DNA of 64,000 nt, taken from assembly GCA_973895155.1 (NCBI GenBank), contig OZ316896.1, positions 21,334,152 through 21,398,151 on the forward strand, written 5' to 3'. A program made the position numbers and the translations under genes. Shown here in pieces: positions 23,401 to 36,623 of the stretch (within the stretch, counting starts at the first letter, position 1; each line of letters begins with the position of its first letter). The DNA is from Marsupella aquatica (Eukaryota > Plantae > Marchantiophyta). The notes beneath the pieces were generated by a model. It was not told the DNA's origin. It saw only the letters and a list, made by a program, of their open reading frames with translations, and searched no databases.

Positions 23401-26400
23401 GCGTCTACCTTGGGAAAACAGCTTGTGGAAGTACTATCTAACTATTTCCGTGCTCAATCCTGGGTAATTGGTCATTCCTGGAGTCTCTTAATTGATATTT
23501 CTATCAACGTATCAGAGAAATTCCATTTTATTCAGGGAATTAAAGGAACTCTTTAGAACAATTCTTTCGTGAAAATTCCGGCTTATGGCAGAAATTTCTG
23601 TGAGCCCGTTCAGGTCCCGCGCTCAGATTATATGCTACATTTGAGCCCCAACTCAACGACATAGAAAGCACTATTAAATTGGAGATCGAAAGGCCAACTT
23701 TCTGGATCGGTATCAGTAGATGTCACAACAATTTCACAGTACTTGTGGTATCTCTCGGTCTTTTTCGGAAATGAGATTTCTGGATCGATAAAGTAAAGTT
23801 TCAACGCAAAAAAAATGGCCAGAGAAATTCAAGGAAAGAGAGGAGTCAACAGTGAGCTGGATCATGTTTGAATGCTTTAACAAGATGAAAAAATACAACA
23901 AAGTTTGAACCGTCATCTCCGAGGAAAACAGAAACAGATAGCGGCGATTGGTTATAAACAATTACACCTTAGTCTTCTTAGAGTTGTCCTCAATCCCCCC
24001 GCGAAAATCTTATTTACTAAAACTTGATAGGACTGAAGAACCTTCTCACCGACGATGTCTCCATCCACAAGTTGAGTGCTAGCACTTGCTATAACTCGAC
24101 TTGCATCAGTCCATTCTCTCTATAGACCTCTTTCGTCGCCCTCGTCAGTTTTGATACACCAGACTGCTGCTCGCTCCCACTTTAACAGTCATGCGTGAAA
24201 GAGTTCACCGATCGCTTTTGTGCTATCTATCCTGATGAGCTGAGCGGTCTCCTTTACGCAAATGTGCACAAACTATCTAAACAACGAGATCTTCACGAAA
24301 GATTACTTTTTCCGAGCGCCAATAACGGTAGTCTTCTTCCATTTATTGATACACAAAAGCAGCTAGGAGGACAATGAATGGAGGAAACGAGAACCCCTTG
24401 GATAATGCTTTACATTGACGAACCTGACCCAACCGGACACTGTCACGGCTTCGGAAATGGCTTTCCGAGGCTATGGCACAGCAAATCCTTTTTGACAGAA
24501 GGGATCCTTAAAGTTCTCTACCTTTTTGACAGATACCGTCTGTCAAAAAGGAACCCATCAATTTGACGGATCGACCGAAAACGAATCTCTAATGTCGGTG
24601 CAGCTGGCGAACTCAAAATGATTATGTTTGAATTCTGTGATGGTAGTGTGAGAAGATATTGCAGGGTGTTCCGCATATAGTTAAGGATCGGCATATTCAT
24701 GAACATCTAACAATGTATACTCTGCGAAAAATTAGTTTTAAGCCAATCTTTCCCTCGCTGGAAGATGCCTTACGCCAAAACAGCTTCGAGATCTCCATCA
24801 ATGATCTCACCAGGAGGAAACCCACAAACCCAGTCCTGGGGCTGTTTTGAAAACTTTGCGATCCATAAAGCAATCGAAGGTAGAGATCTCCAACAGCAAC
24901 CGCATCAATGAGGGTATGGGGAACGCTGGTAAATACGGTCGATCGTTGTTATCAGTCGATCAAGTGGCCTTAGTCTCTCTGTAGACGTGGGACGAGTGAT
25001 CTTCTGTAAAATTTACAAATCATAAAGGTTTTAAAAAAGAGATGAGTTGAGTACTGGCGATCATATCAGCGGAAAAGGCACCAAAAAGCATCCTTCGCTT
25101 CCAAGCAGTTCTAACTGGGGGTGTTTTCTATGCTGCCCACCCGTTTGGTTTGGCGTTGTTTACCTTAGTTGATACCAGGCACACCGACCTCCAGTCCACC
25201 CTCCAGCGGCTCTCCCTCTTCGGGGTGCGCTCGCTGTATGCTCTGCTGTTTCGTTGGACAGAAGCCAATGAAAATTTTCGGGGCAAAAAACATTTCTTCC
25301 GAAACTTGAAGATCATGACAAGAACACTCTTTCCTATTCAAAGATGGTGGGGAAGGTATCAACTATCAACAACCAGATAAAGACATGCGAGCCAACACGT
25401 TAAACGTGACTCCAAATATGGCCAAGGTTCGCCCACGTCAAGATTTCTTAAAGTTTAATCATTCATAGAGATTACTTTGAAGCCGAGCGACGTCCACTTG
25501 AACGAATGCTTCGAGTCTGAAGTTGGTCAATTTAGTATGTCCAAGCTTAATAGTCCAATGAGACAAAGTGAGTCTCTGATATCACCATCTCAAACCACAG
25601 TAGGTGAGAGAATCCGCACATCTGATTTTGACTTGTAATCCATGCAATGTCAGGTGACCCATCTCTTATCAAGGAGTGCGGTCTGAATAAAATCGCAGAG
25701 GAACTAATTGCGTTGCTTTTGAGGGTAGCTGGGCTCTTTGCATGAAAGCTCGCCCGCCCCCCCACCATCACTTTTGCATGTCTTAAATGGAGTTAAATGT
25801 TGAACGTCATGCATGCCCGATGTAAATGAAATGTTAAATTTCATCGCTGACTCTGGAGTGTGCCCCATCACCTGGAAAAGAGAGGGGCCTGCAGCCATAC
25901 AAACAACCAAAAAGAACGGGAAGTACATTTGACCCACTTCGCAAGCGATATGGATTCCAGCTGATGGTGAGCGAGTTTGAGTTGGACTGAATTGGCCAAA
26001 TCTTGGACATGGTTTGCACAAAATCTTTTTGCAATTTTGTATTCTTTTTCAATTCAGGCTTCTCAATAATTGAAGGCTGTGAATTCTTTTAAGGTCAAGT
26101 ACATTCTAGGTCCATCAATCCGAATTTACAGTTCTCTCTGGAATCAGAAAAAATTAAAACAATCGATTTCCATTTATTTCAAGCTCGTTTAAGGTCATGA
26201 TCTTCGGACGAGGAATCAATCATTGCAATTGTCGAGTGATGTATTTTGACCAGACGGTGACTATGAGAACCGGCCATTTCGTCTCGGCCGAATCGTTTTT
26301 GTCGTTGATGGGGTTGGAAGAGCAACTGCCCCAGAACAAAGTTTAGACGAGAATCTTTTCGTAGTTTTGTCTATTGCCCCTAATGATTGGCACGATATGT

Positions 26401-28076
26401 AGACAAAGGCAAGATTATTTGTCAATGGAAACTTTCTTGTAAACGCTCTGAATAAATGACATGGCCTGCCTGAGTATGAAAGTCTCCCTCGTGATATGCA
26501 TGATGTGTGTCAAAGGGAGAAAATGAATTTGTAACGGGTAGCAGCGTAGTCAAACGCGTGCCGTGTTTGTACTCAGGTGTCAAGAGCAATGTTTGCCCGC
26601 GAGGGACGGAACGCGTGCTCACGGAACATGAAGAGAAAGACATATGTACGAAAAGGCCACTAAGGTGGTTGAGTCGGCGGAGATGGGCCTGGGAACAGCA
26701 TTTCCATGAACGTGTGAACAATGCACATGAACCCCCAAAGTCAGGAAAAGGTTGTCAAGATAACTGTGCTGAATGGATCTGAAACTGGAGCATATCGAGC
26801 TCGTCAGCATCACAGCAGAGAAACAGACTTGACAGTGTGAAGATTTGCGAATTACACAACCCTTTCACGTGTGAAGAAGCGCCTTCACAGATCAACTACC
26901 AACAGTATCCAGCTTTCTAGTGCACCACAAATGTTGTCAAGCATACTACTGTGTTATGGTTCTATAAATCAGAAAGAGTTCAAGGTTGTCGATTAGAAAG
27001 ACTGGAACTTAGAACTCGGAAGTTTCTCATGAAGCATCATTCAAGATTTCTAGTGGAATCATCTTCAGTCTGGAATCTGTCGATCCAAATTGGCCCCCAG
27101 AATGGAATCAACCAAAGGTACATATCCTTATTTTACATCGAATCACTGACGGTTCAGCTCAAGTGAAAACAATCTGGCGTGAGCATGACAGAACCATTTG
27201 AGCTTACATCTCAATGGGAGTTTTTCACCTAATCGAAAATAACCCTGCAATCATCTGATTCTCGGGTCATCCCAATTCCACCATTCTAAGAAACATTAAG
27301 AAAGTAAATTAGGAGCAGATTATGTGATTTTGCTTTCTCTTGTGTGGCATGACTCAGAACGCCGCCAGAATCTAATGCGAAGAAGGAGAATGGACAGCAA
27401 TAAGCGAAGTCAGGCTGAATCTTTAGTGCTAGATAGTAAACTAAGCTTTCTCTAAGGGCAAGCCACTCGCGACGACTTCCATATTATTATCTGAAGGAGC
27501 AGAGTTACCAACTTCATGGATGCTCATGTTGAACTTTTCCACTAGGGAGCTATATTGAAAGATATTCAGCTGACCAAGACAATAACCAACACATTCGCGT
27601 CCCAAAAGAGAGATGCAGTCAGGGCTGCATTAGCGCCGAGAAGGGGTTCAATTGAGAGCATTGTAGAGATTCCATTCTGCATTAGTAGACTACTGTTTAG
27701 ATATACACTGTTCCAGATACCAAAAGGTAGATTTACATCTAGTCTACGCATATAGCGCCGATACTACCTTGAAGTACTGGATTCTAGCCATCTAGTGACA
27801 TTTCCCGAATGTCAATTTCTAAGTCTGGAAGTATAACCAACTAGCATTGAATATTCACATAATTTGCGTTTGCTAGAGACCTTAAAAAACTCCATACCCC
27901 TCTGGATATCTAAAGTTACCATAAGTTCACAGCAAACTGCCCAACTGATAAAAGGTCTAAAAACAATAAGAACCTACAGTAGATAGTCTCATTGGCCTTA
28001 GCAGTACGCCAAAAGCCAAAATACATCATCCTGCTGAATTAGGAAACTAGAGACAGCATGGGTGATTGCCTGTATC

Positions 28077-29276
28077 CTAAGTGGATGTTGACTTACTGGA
28101 CTCTGGGCCTGTCATGAAGCATTGCCCAAACCACGTAAACAAGCCCCGGGTCCTGGTGACTAAGCCAGAATTACCAGTACTGTTATTTGACTGATCCAAT
28201 TTCGAGATAACTTGTGCTTTCTGTGAAGGGCTATCTCGTTGAACGATAGGAACCATAGGAGGGGCAGCAATAGTTGGTTGGGGAGTTGGTGGAGGGAGAG
28301 TAGAAAGAAATGCGTTCAACATGCGTACCACTTGAGTAAAGTTGGGCCTTGCCTCGGGATCTTCAGCCCAGCAAGATTGAAGAATGAACACCAAATCAGA
28401 TGGAAAATTGTCATTAACCTCCGGCCGAACCTTTTTAAAGGCTGCAGCGTATGCAGCTTGCAGGTTGGACATGCCCTCGAAAGGCATTCGGTTCACCAGC
28501 AGCTCCCAAAGCACGATGCTGAAGCTATATACATCCACCTTGTGGTTATAATGCTTCTTCTCCCCGTTCCTCAGCGTTACAGTACTATAAAGCTCAGGAG
28601 CCATCCACCGGTATGTCCCGGTCTCAGCCGTCATCATCTCGGTAAGGGTCTCCTCCCGCGCCAGCCCAAAATCTACAAGCTTCACAGTCCTTTGATCAGC
28701 CGTCAATAAAAGATTATCAGGCTTGAGATCCCGGTGAATGATTCCATTCAAATGTAGGCAATCCATAGCCTCCGCAATATCGAGGGCAAAGCTGACTGCA
28801 CGCCGCAAGTCTATCCTCTTAGGCCTCTGGCTTGCCATAAACTTCCGAAGGGATTTTCCCCCAAGAAGCTCCGTGACAATCACCATCACTGGCTCCTTGC
28901 ATGCGCCCACAAACTTCACCAAATTCCTGTGCTGCACTCGGGACAGCATATCCACCTCCCGGGCGAAACGAGACTCCATCTTGGGCACATCCTCAACAGT
29001 GGCGGGCGGTTGGAGGATTTTCACGGCCACCTCATGGTCCATGTACTTCCCCTCGTATACCTTCCCATGAGCACCCTCTCCAATTTTGGGACCCACGAAC
29101 AGGAGAGCGGGGTCGATAATCCATTTCTCTTCCAATGAGAACTCACTTGACCTGCTGTTCGAGCCTCGACTCTCGTGAACCCCTCCGTATGATCTCCCCT
29201 GAGTCTGAGACTCGGGCAGCACTCGCGCTCCTCTGGCCGTCTCCTTTCTGCTTAAAGCCTTCTCATCAGAACCCAT
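28077..29276 (-). CDS. ATN1-like Raf-type (TKL, group C) Ser/Thr/Tyr protein kinase, intronless, 399 aa
   Basis: Motifs KWIIDPALLFVGPKIGEGAHGKVYEGKY, VAVK, HRDLKPDNLLL, DFGLAREE, MTAETGTYRWMAPELYSTVTLRNGEKKHYNHKVDVYSF. The first ATG (MGSDEK) is at 29276; the track start at 29294 is a TTG. Confidence 0.95.
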   Translation of the reverse strand: MGSDEKALSRKETARGARVLPESQTQGRSYGGVHESRGSNSRSSEFSLEEKWIIDPALLFVGPKIGEGAHGKVYEGKYMDHEVAVKILQPPATVEDVPKMESRFAREVDMLSRVQHRNLVKFVGACKEPVMVIVTELLGGKSLRKFMASQRPKRIDLRRAVSFALDIAEAMDCLHLNGIIHRDLKPDNLLLTADQRTVKLVDFGLAREETLTEMMTAETGTYRWMAPELYSTVTLRNGEKKHYNHKVDVYSFSIVLWELLVNRMPFEGMSNLQAAYAAAFKKVRPEVNDNFPSDLVFILQSCWAEDPEARPNFTQVVRMLNAFLSTLPPPTPQPTIAAPPMVPIVQRDSPSQKAQVISKLDQSNNSTGNSGLVTRTRGLFTWFGQCFMTGPESSKSTST

Positions 29277-30144
29277 CCCTCCCCTGTATCGCAACTTAGC
29301 AACTCATCCTCATAACCCTTCAGTTTTTTGACCAATTCGTTTCAGCAACGGCTAGACAGTCGACCTCAAGCAGTCTGATACATCCACCTCATCCCTGCGG
29401 ACAGAAGAAGAGCCTTTGCGACAGCCTCTCGGATTTCACAGTTGATGACATTGGTCCTGAGGTGAGCTCCTCGACACGAGGATTATACTTCGCGAGTCGT
29501 CATGTCATCCTATGAGACTGCTTTTGGTTGGCGCTTCCCTCAACTCGACCACATCGGTATGTATCTGGACGGTTTTCAGAAGCTCACCCTAAACATGCTG
29601 ACAACCGCATTTGCCACAGTAAACGTCCGGTCGAACTCCCTTTCCGAGAATTGCAAGGTGACGGAAGTTGTGGACCGCTTCCTCACCCCCTTAATGTAAG
29701 TAAATTGGGAGATCAAACCACCTCAGCAACCTGCCCCCCTCCTCCCAAACTCAGCCAATTCCTCACACAACCTGACGATCACGTTCCTTCCACCACTGAA
29801 CAGCAAAGCGTAGACCGAAGGAGTGGTGACAAACCCCTCGGTCCGGCCCTCCACCTCTTCCTCTCCCTTCCTCCACGGCGCCCTCGTCAGCGACTCATCA
29901 GCATCATCGCCACCCTTGTGTCACAGATTATTCCTCGCATTCAGTCAGTGCCACAACCCTGCCGGTCAACTGCCGTGAGGAGTCGGTCTCTCAGCCAGCA
30001 GCCATTATCACATCATCCGCAGCCCTGCCTCTCACAAAAACCTCGTGAATCCTATCTCCATCGCGCACATGAAACCGCTCCAAATGCAGCTCTTCTTCAT
30101 CACCCCAATTGTTCCATTTCCTCCTTTCCCCAGCAGCACGATGA

Positions 30145-30597
30145 TATCTATCTATCTCTCTCTCCCTCTCTCTCTCTCGCTCTTTTCGCTCAAACCCACA
30201 ACGGTGACAACGCCCTCCCCTCTACGGCTCTACTCTCACCCTCTCGCTCGGCGTCGGTAATTGCCGAGCGCTGCAGGGTCGCCCTAAAACGCACGCAGCA
30301 CAAATGCGAACACCCTCAATGGATTCTCCATGGCAGCACCAGCACTCACTCATTCACTCACTCCCTCACAGACTCACTCACTCGCTCATCGGCCGAAGAG
30401 GAGAGGCCCACACTCCTCGCCGTTCCACGCACGCACGCGTCCACAACAGCACCGCCGCAATTTCCCCACAATTTCCCAACAGCTCCACTGAAAAAACCCA
30501 ATCAATCATCATCCCCTTCGTGCACGCACCTGCTCGATCTTCCTTCCTCTCTTTCTTCCTCTCTTTCTTCCGAGAGAGAGAGAGAGAGAGAGAGAGA
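30145..30597 (-). promoter_or_regulatory. GA/CT microsatellite tracts in the probable 5' leader/TSS region of the kinase
   Basis: (GA)13 at about 30572-30597 reads as (CT)n on the gene strand, typical of plant 5' UTRs. A (CT)n tract lies at about 30155-30178. Confidence 0.45.
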
Positions 30598-33500
30598 AAA
30601 GCCTTTTCAGTGGGTACGACGACGAAACTCCCCATCGAACCAAACCGGACATATCCTGTCCGCGAGAGCGAGAGACTCGGTCCAAGCGTACCGTGACAGG
30701 AGTAAACAGGACCAGTCCCGTCTGTGCACAGACGGGACCGGAGAGCATGACAACGGAGACTAGTTTTGCTACAGAAGCTCTAGTAGTGGGACTGTAGGAG
30801 AGTAGCCAAGCCGTGGGGGCCACGGTGGTGGGCCATGGCCGCATGGCATGGCGTGGCCCGCCCTGATGATGATAGAAGATCTGACCCTATCCATCATGCA
30901 TGCTCCTCTCCGTCGTCGAGTCGTCGTCGCACGACTTTTCACGCGGTGTCTTGCGTTGCCCGTCAGCCCTGCCCCGTCTGCCCGTCCACAGAAAGAAGCG
31001 CTCTCGGGCAGCCAGGCCGGAAAACGCCAACTGGTAATTATCATCAACTGGAGCGATTGTTCCATTTGTTTCGTTAATTTTGGACTGATCGGGTGAGAGC
31101 CCGGGTCCGCCCAATGCCGCCGTGCCACTTGGTATCGGCTGTTTATTATTACGCTTTACTTTTGCCCGGAAAAAGCGAATTGGAGAATCTCATCATTCGG
31201 CCGTCGATTGAAATATCGGTGGCTGGTTTCTGATTCTGGAATATGTGAGGAATAGGATTTCGCATCTGCGCCGTTAGTTTTGTGGGCTGACGGACTGGAT
31301 CTGCTACCGCAGTTCCGGGATTTTCGAAATTCTTTGTTTCCGGGAGAGTCATCTTTGGTATGAAGTTATACTAAATTCAGGTGTTAGTTTCTTCAAATAA
31401 TTTGGGATGCGGACGGAGTTTGGGATTCAGCAACTTTAATGCACAGATATTTGTTTCTAACATAGGAATCTCTTTCTATGAGGATACTAATCAGTCGTAT
31501 ATGCCTCCATAATTTCTTTCATGATGGAGACTTGAATGGAGGGCACACCCAAATATTATGGTTTTTAGGAAACTCATGCTCCCATGGATCCAACCATGAA
31601 CCATGCAACCTCCACTAATTGAGAAATACTTACACCTTCATTCATTGACACCCTTCTTATTCCCAAAACAATTTCAATAGCACATTTGACCTTCAATATG
31701 GGCTCTAATTGAGCTTGTTAGAAGTGACTTTGATATAAGTTTCTATCTCTACTGAACAATTAGGAGAAATACTACAGATTTTCCAACACTCAATATCCAT
31801 GCTGTGCCTTGTGAAAGTGTTTGAACTACTCACTTTGACATTCAGTGTCTCCCTCAATATCCAATGGAATCTGATTTATTTTTTGGGTTCAGTGAAAATT
31901 GCTTGGAAAGATCTTTCCAATCAGTCTAGTGAGGACAAACATCATAGAGGATTGAGGACAAACATCATAGAGAATTGAGACAAATCTCCAAGATGGCTAC
32001 CTGCATTTCTTGTCACATTTCATTCAATGGAGTGCTATGTCCTACGTGAGACAAAAAGATTGTTTCCTTGAAAACCATCCAAATTGTAAAAGTCTATCCC
32101 AGCACATTGATAAACTTGGGAGGTCCATCTTGGTTTCAAAAGGGCTTTGTAGTGCCAGATGATGACTTTCAGCCATATACAAATGACTGTAGCTTTTCCA
32201 CATGGCTAGGTTTTTATTCACTAGGCTCTAATGATTTATGGTCATTGCATATAATCAATCTTTAAAGCAAAAAGTTATGGATGTGAATTTGGGTAATGTA
32301 TAATTGTTTTTATAAACTATTGATGATTGAACCAAGGTGCATCAAATTGTGAGGTTTGAGACCCCTTTCCCCATTTTCGAGGTGTAGCACGTGTCTAATG
32401 TGGGAGGAGGGTGGTGAGACCCGAGATAAAAAAGGTCACGAGGGGAAGAAGAGCAGGTGGGCCACTGAACACCAAACTCATTGGCGAGGAGGGCAGGCCC
32501 CTCATAAAAGTTGACGAAAGGCACGCATGAAACGCCAAATGCACATCAATATTGGAGACCAAAGCTGCGCCACAAAAGTTGACAAAGATGGGCAGGGCCA
32601 GGAACGCCAATGGCATAACGGTTTGCTGGCCCCTGCAAGTAAAAGATGACAACGGGCAAACCGGGCAGGAACGAGAGCTCAAGAGCCCAACTTGCCATAT
32701 TTTAATCTTTCTTATTTTTTATTTCTCATTTCGTGAAAGGTCTCATTTCGTGAAAGGAGTGCGAGTGTGGGAAGGACCTGTGGTCATACAATATCTGACA
32801 CATGCATGTGAGCCCTTCGAATCCCTAGATTGAAGGAGAACACTGGGATCAATCTTTAGATGAACCAGCTTATTAGCTAGATAAAATAAATTAAAACCCT
32901 CTTGGTTAGATATGCACAATATTTGGTGAATTTCTCATTTGATAATGAAGGCTTTGAGAGTTAGAGGGAAGTCACCGATGGGAGTCAAATATCATTGTCA
33001 GCTAAAAAAAGTGTCGTAATACTTTCGTTTATCAATTGTGCTATTGGGTATCTGTTGTTTGTTTGTGAAACTTTATGCTCAGGGAGGCCACTGATAGAAT
33101 CGAATGGGGCTGCTGAGCTTCAAAAGTGGACTAAGAAAAGCTCAGCTGATTAATTTTCCAACTCAACAAGCCAGCTGAGAGAAGAAAGCTGAACATCATG
33201 ATGATGTTTGAGTTCAAGAAGGCCGGTGAGCTTGACTTGTATGGGTGACTCATACCTAATGGGCCTAAAAACTTTACTAAACATCGTGATTGTTAGGGTT
33301 GGCTAGATTGTATGAAAGTGAAGTCTTCATCTGAAATTTAGATGCATTGTTACTCAAGTCCAGACTAAAAAGAGTTTTGTCAAAATTGTGGATATTTCAT
33401 CTGGTTAAATATGCCTTCAGGCCGCTTTTGTCCTCTTTTGTGGTGTACTCTAATAAACTGATGGGGTTTACCTTGCCCGAGACTTGAGTGACCCTGTCCA

Positions 33501-34820
33501 TTCCCCCAAACTTTAAAAAATGTTACTTTTGTCCAAAAACTTTACATTCATAGGTCCATAGTGAATAAGAGTGATGACATTTTAGGCCATCTTCAAAACT
33601 GAAGTAGAGTAAATGTAGTGAAAGGTGCGTAGTGGTTGGGCACTTTCTTCTTTGGACTCCTCTATTAGTGCTAATAGAATTGAATGGTGGGACCCGGTGT
33701 GCAACAATAAATGAGTTTCCTACAATCACTCACCCAGAATATTCAAGAGTGGCATTTCCGGTTACTTTTCTCATAAAAACCTTCCATGTTCCATAATGCA
33801 TTAATGCTATAGTAGAATAGTAAAATAATAGAATATTCAACAGTTGTCATTTTCGAGTCTTTCTTTTCCTAGACGAAGCTGTAATAGTATAGTAGAATAG
33901 AAGTAATATATGTACTCCCACCCTACCTCAAGTTTAACCACCGACCTTGACTACACTTTCAGAGCTCCTAGCTGGACAATTGGAGTTAGGAGTCTTGTAA
34001 TCTAAGGGTGGCTCTACCCCTAAAGCTTAACAACCAATAGCTTCTTTTTAGTCCCCCTGAGATTCAACCTGGAATCCTGGATAGTATAATGAGAGGAAAT
34101 GCTGTAGTTTGACTTTACAAGAAGTTGGGGCCTGGGGTCTATCGATCGTACATGGTAGGACTGGGCCCAAGGAACTGTTGACGCTGAGTGTTTATATTGT
34201 CTAGAATTTTAAACCACCACCATAGGTGGTCCACAAATTACAAACTTTGGCTCTTTTATTCAAGGAATCTGCATTATTTAAACTTCATTTCGAAAGATTT
34301 TGGTAGAGAGTCTATCTTTTTAGAATAACAAGTGGCCCCCCCAATTTGCTCTGGTGGAACATAGTCACAAGTGTCCCCCAATGTTTTGTAAAGCCACCCT
34401 AAAGCTACCTTATGTTCTTGTTTTGCAGCACAGTTCCCAAGTGGAGTCTATCACAAACTGATACCAGGTTCTTCTCCAGTATAAGTTGGCAATGACTGCC
34501 CTATTTTGATGTGAATTCTTGCTTTCACAAAGATCAATTTAAATCACAGCCACCGCTATAAAAGGCCCTGCCCCTACCCGACCACTATTTATTTACTTAG
34601 GTGAAGAGTAGACCTACCCTCGAGGCTCTCCATTACCTTCCTGTCATACTACCCTCCTACTCTAGAGACATTTTCTGGTGATTTCTTTCAAAACATGAAC
34701 TTTTTCTAGAATGATGGGATTTTTGTGAAATGTAGATCTCACTGAGATCTTCTTTTGAGCAGTACAGTAGATTTGCCCCGTAGGAACAACTAATGAGATA
34801 TGTTGATACTCAAAAATTGA

Positions 34821-35731
34821 CCGCGCTTTAAATCCTTCTCCCATCTTCTTGGGGCCCCGTACATTGCCCGTCCCAACCTTTGAAGTCCCTGCTGCCCACT
34901 CCCACTTGAGTTTGTCAGAACATAAAGCAAGACTCTACAAATGTCACCTGCTCTGGCCTGATCAACTTTGTGTCATCGACTTCAGGTTTATGTTCTGGCA
35001 CCCTTCACTTGCTATCACCCAATCCAACCCAAGTTGACCAAAACATAAACTAATACTCTGTCATTAATCATGACTCTTAATCAAAGACTGTACTAGGCTT
35101 TGCGTGAACACTTTGACTCTATTATGAAACAAACATGACTCCATTGGAAAGAAGTGTTTCCAGAACATAAATCACTACTCCATAGAGAAAAACAATAATT
35201 TGGCAGAAAAACAACCAACACTCTATCCATCATGATTCTTAACCAAAGTACTAGGCTCGACTTGAACACTTAGACTCTCTTACAAAGCAAACATTGATGG
35301 CTTTGTTGGAAAGAAGTGTTACCAGAACATAAACCACTCCTTCATAGAGAAGAAGCATTTGGCAGAAAATCAAACGAGATTATCAACCATGACTCTTAAC
35401 CAAAGTACTAGGCTCCCTCTAAATACTAACATTTGACTCTCTTATGAAGCAAGCATGACTTCATTGGGAAAAAGTGTTGCTAGAACATAAACCACAACTC
35501 CACAAGGAAGAAGTTCATCAATGGCACAAAGTTAATCGGGCCGGAGCGGGCGACAAAAAGTGAAGTGTGTCAAAACATAAACCCAAAGTGGATGACAAAT
35601 TGATAGAGTCTTAGTTTATGTTATGGTAAACTCAGGCCGGAGAGGGCAGCAACATCGGGGACTAGAACGGACAGTGTATGGGGCCCCTGGAAGATGGGGG
35701 AGCATTAACGAGGTGTAGATTTAACGCACGG
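34821..35731. mobile_element. MULE-like MITE family B, full-length copy with degenerate 11-bp TSD
   Basis: Termini CCGCGCTTTAAATC / AGATTTAACGCACGG, long TIRs, internal ~150-180-bp repeats. Flanks TCAAAAATTGA (34810-34820) and TCAAAACTTGT (35732-35742) match at 9 of 11 positions. Confidence 0.82.
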
Positions 35732-35884
35732 TCAAAACTTGTATGCATGATTGTAATGTACATGAAATGAATACTACAGGTTATCCAAAATAATTTTGCT
35801 AGTGAGTGTCAAGTGATCAGTACATACAAATTTGTCCAGCAAATTTGTTACCCCCTTATTCTCTATGGGACCCCCATATGCAGT

Positions 35885-36480
35885 TTAGTCTAGAGCTTTA
35901 CCAGGCTTTTCAGTTTGTTGCTGCGTACGGCTTTAGCTCGGGAGCTTTACTAGGCTTTTCAGTTTGTTGCTCATAGGGCTTAGTTATCAGGAGCTTTATG
36001 AGGCTTTTCAGTTTGTTGCTCATAGGGCTTAGTTATCAGGAGCTTTACCAAGCTTTCCAATTAGTTGTTGTAGAGTTTAGTTCTCAAGAGCTTTACCAGG
36101 CTTTCTATTTAGTAACAAGGACCAGGCTTTCCAGTTTGTTGCTTAGTAGGGCTCTAGTTATTTGGAGCTTTACCAAGCTTTCTAGTTTTGGACATTGGGG
36201 CTTTAGTTCTCAAGAGCTTTACCAGGTTTTCAAGTTTACCAGGCTTTTTAGTTCTCAAGAGTTGTACCAAGGCTTTCGAGTTGGCTTTAGTTCTCGAGAG
36301 CTTTACCAGGCTTTCAAGTTTACCAGGCTTTTTTGGTTCTCAAGAGCTTTACCAGGCTTTCGAGGTTGCTACTCAGTAGTACGGCTTGAGTTTGAAGAGC
36401 TTTACCAGGCTTTCCAGTTTGTTGGGCTTTAGTTTTCCAGCTTTAGTTCTCAAGAACTTTTCCAGACTTTGTAGTTCTCT
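35885..36480. repeat. Degenerate tandem array of GAGCTTTACCAGGCTTTTCAGTTTG units
   Basis: More than 10 recurrences of GAGCTTTACCAGGCTTT with variable spacers. Confidence 0.85.
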
Positions 36481-36623
36481 TTCCATTGTTGGGTGTCCCA
36501 GGCTTTTTGGTTCTTTTATCTTGTACCATTGGGATGTAGTCCAGCCTTTGGGATCCTCTCTCCCATTTGGAAGGTCCACCATTGGAACGTACACCACCCT
36601 TTGGATTTCTGTCTCGCAGGTAG

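Noticed and set aside
24493-24501. TGACAGAAG resembling the miR156 5' end; AAGCTCAGGAG at about 28590 resembling miR390
   Set aside because: Only 9-11 nt match and the rest of each mature sequence is absent. The second lies within the kinase CDS.
29528-30763. 411-aa + strand ORF
   Set aside because: Starts at TTG, is low-complexity (S/P/H/L), runs through CT/GA microsatellites and is antisense to the kinase leader.
33925-34090. Faint tRNA/SINE-like box B similarity on the minus strand
   Set aside because: No cloverleaf, no second copy and no TSD.
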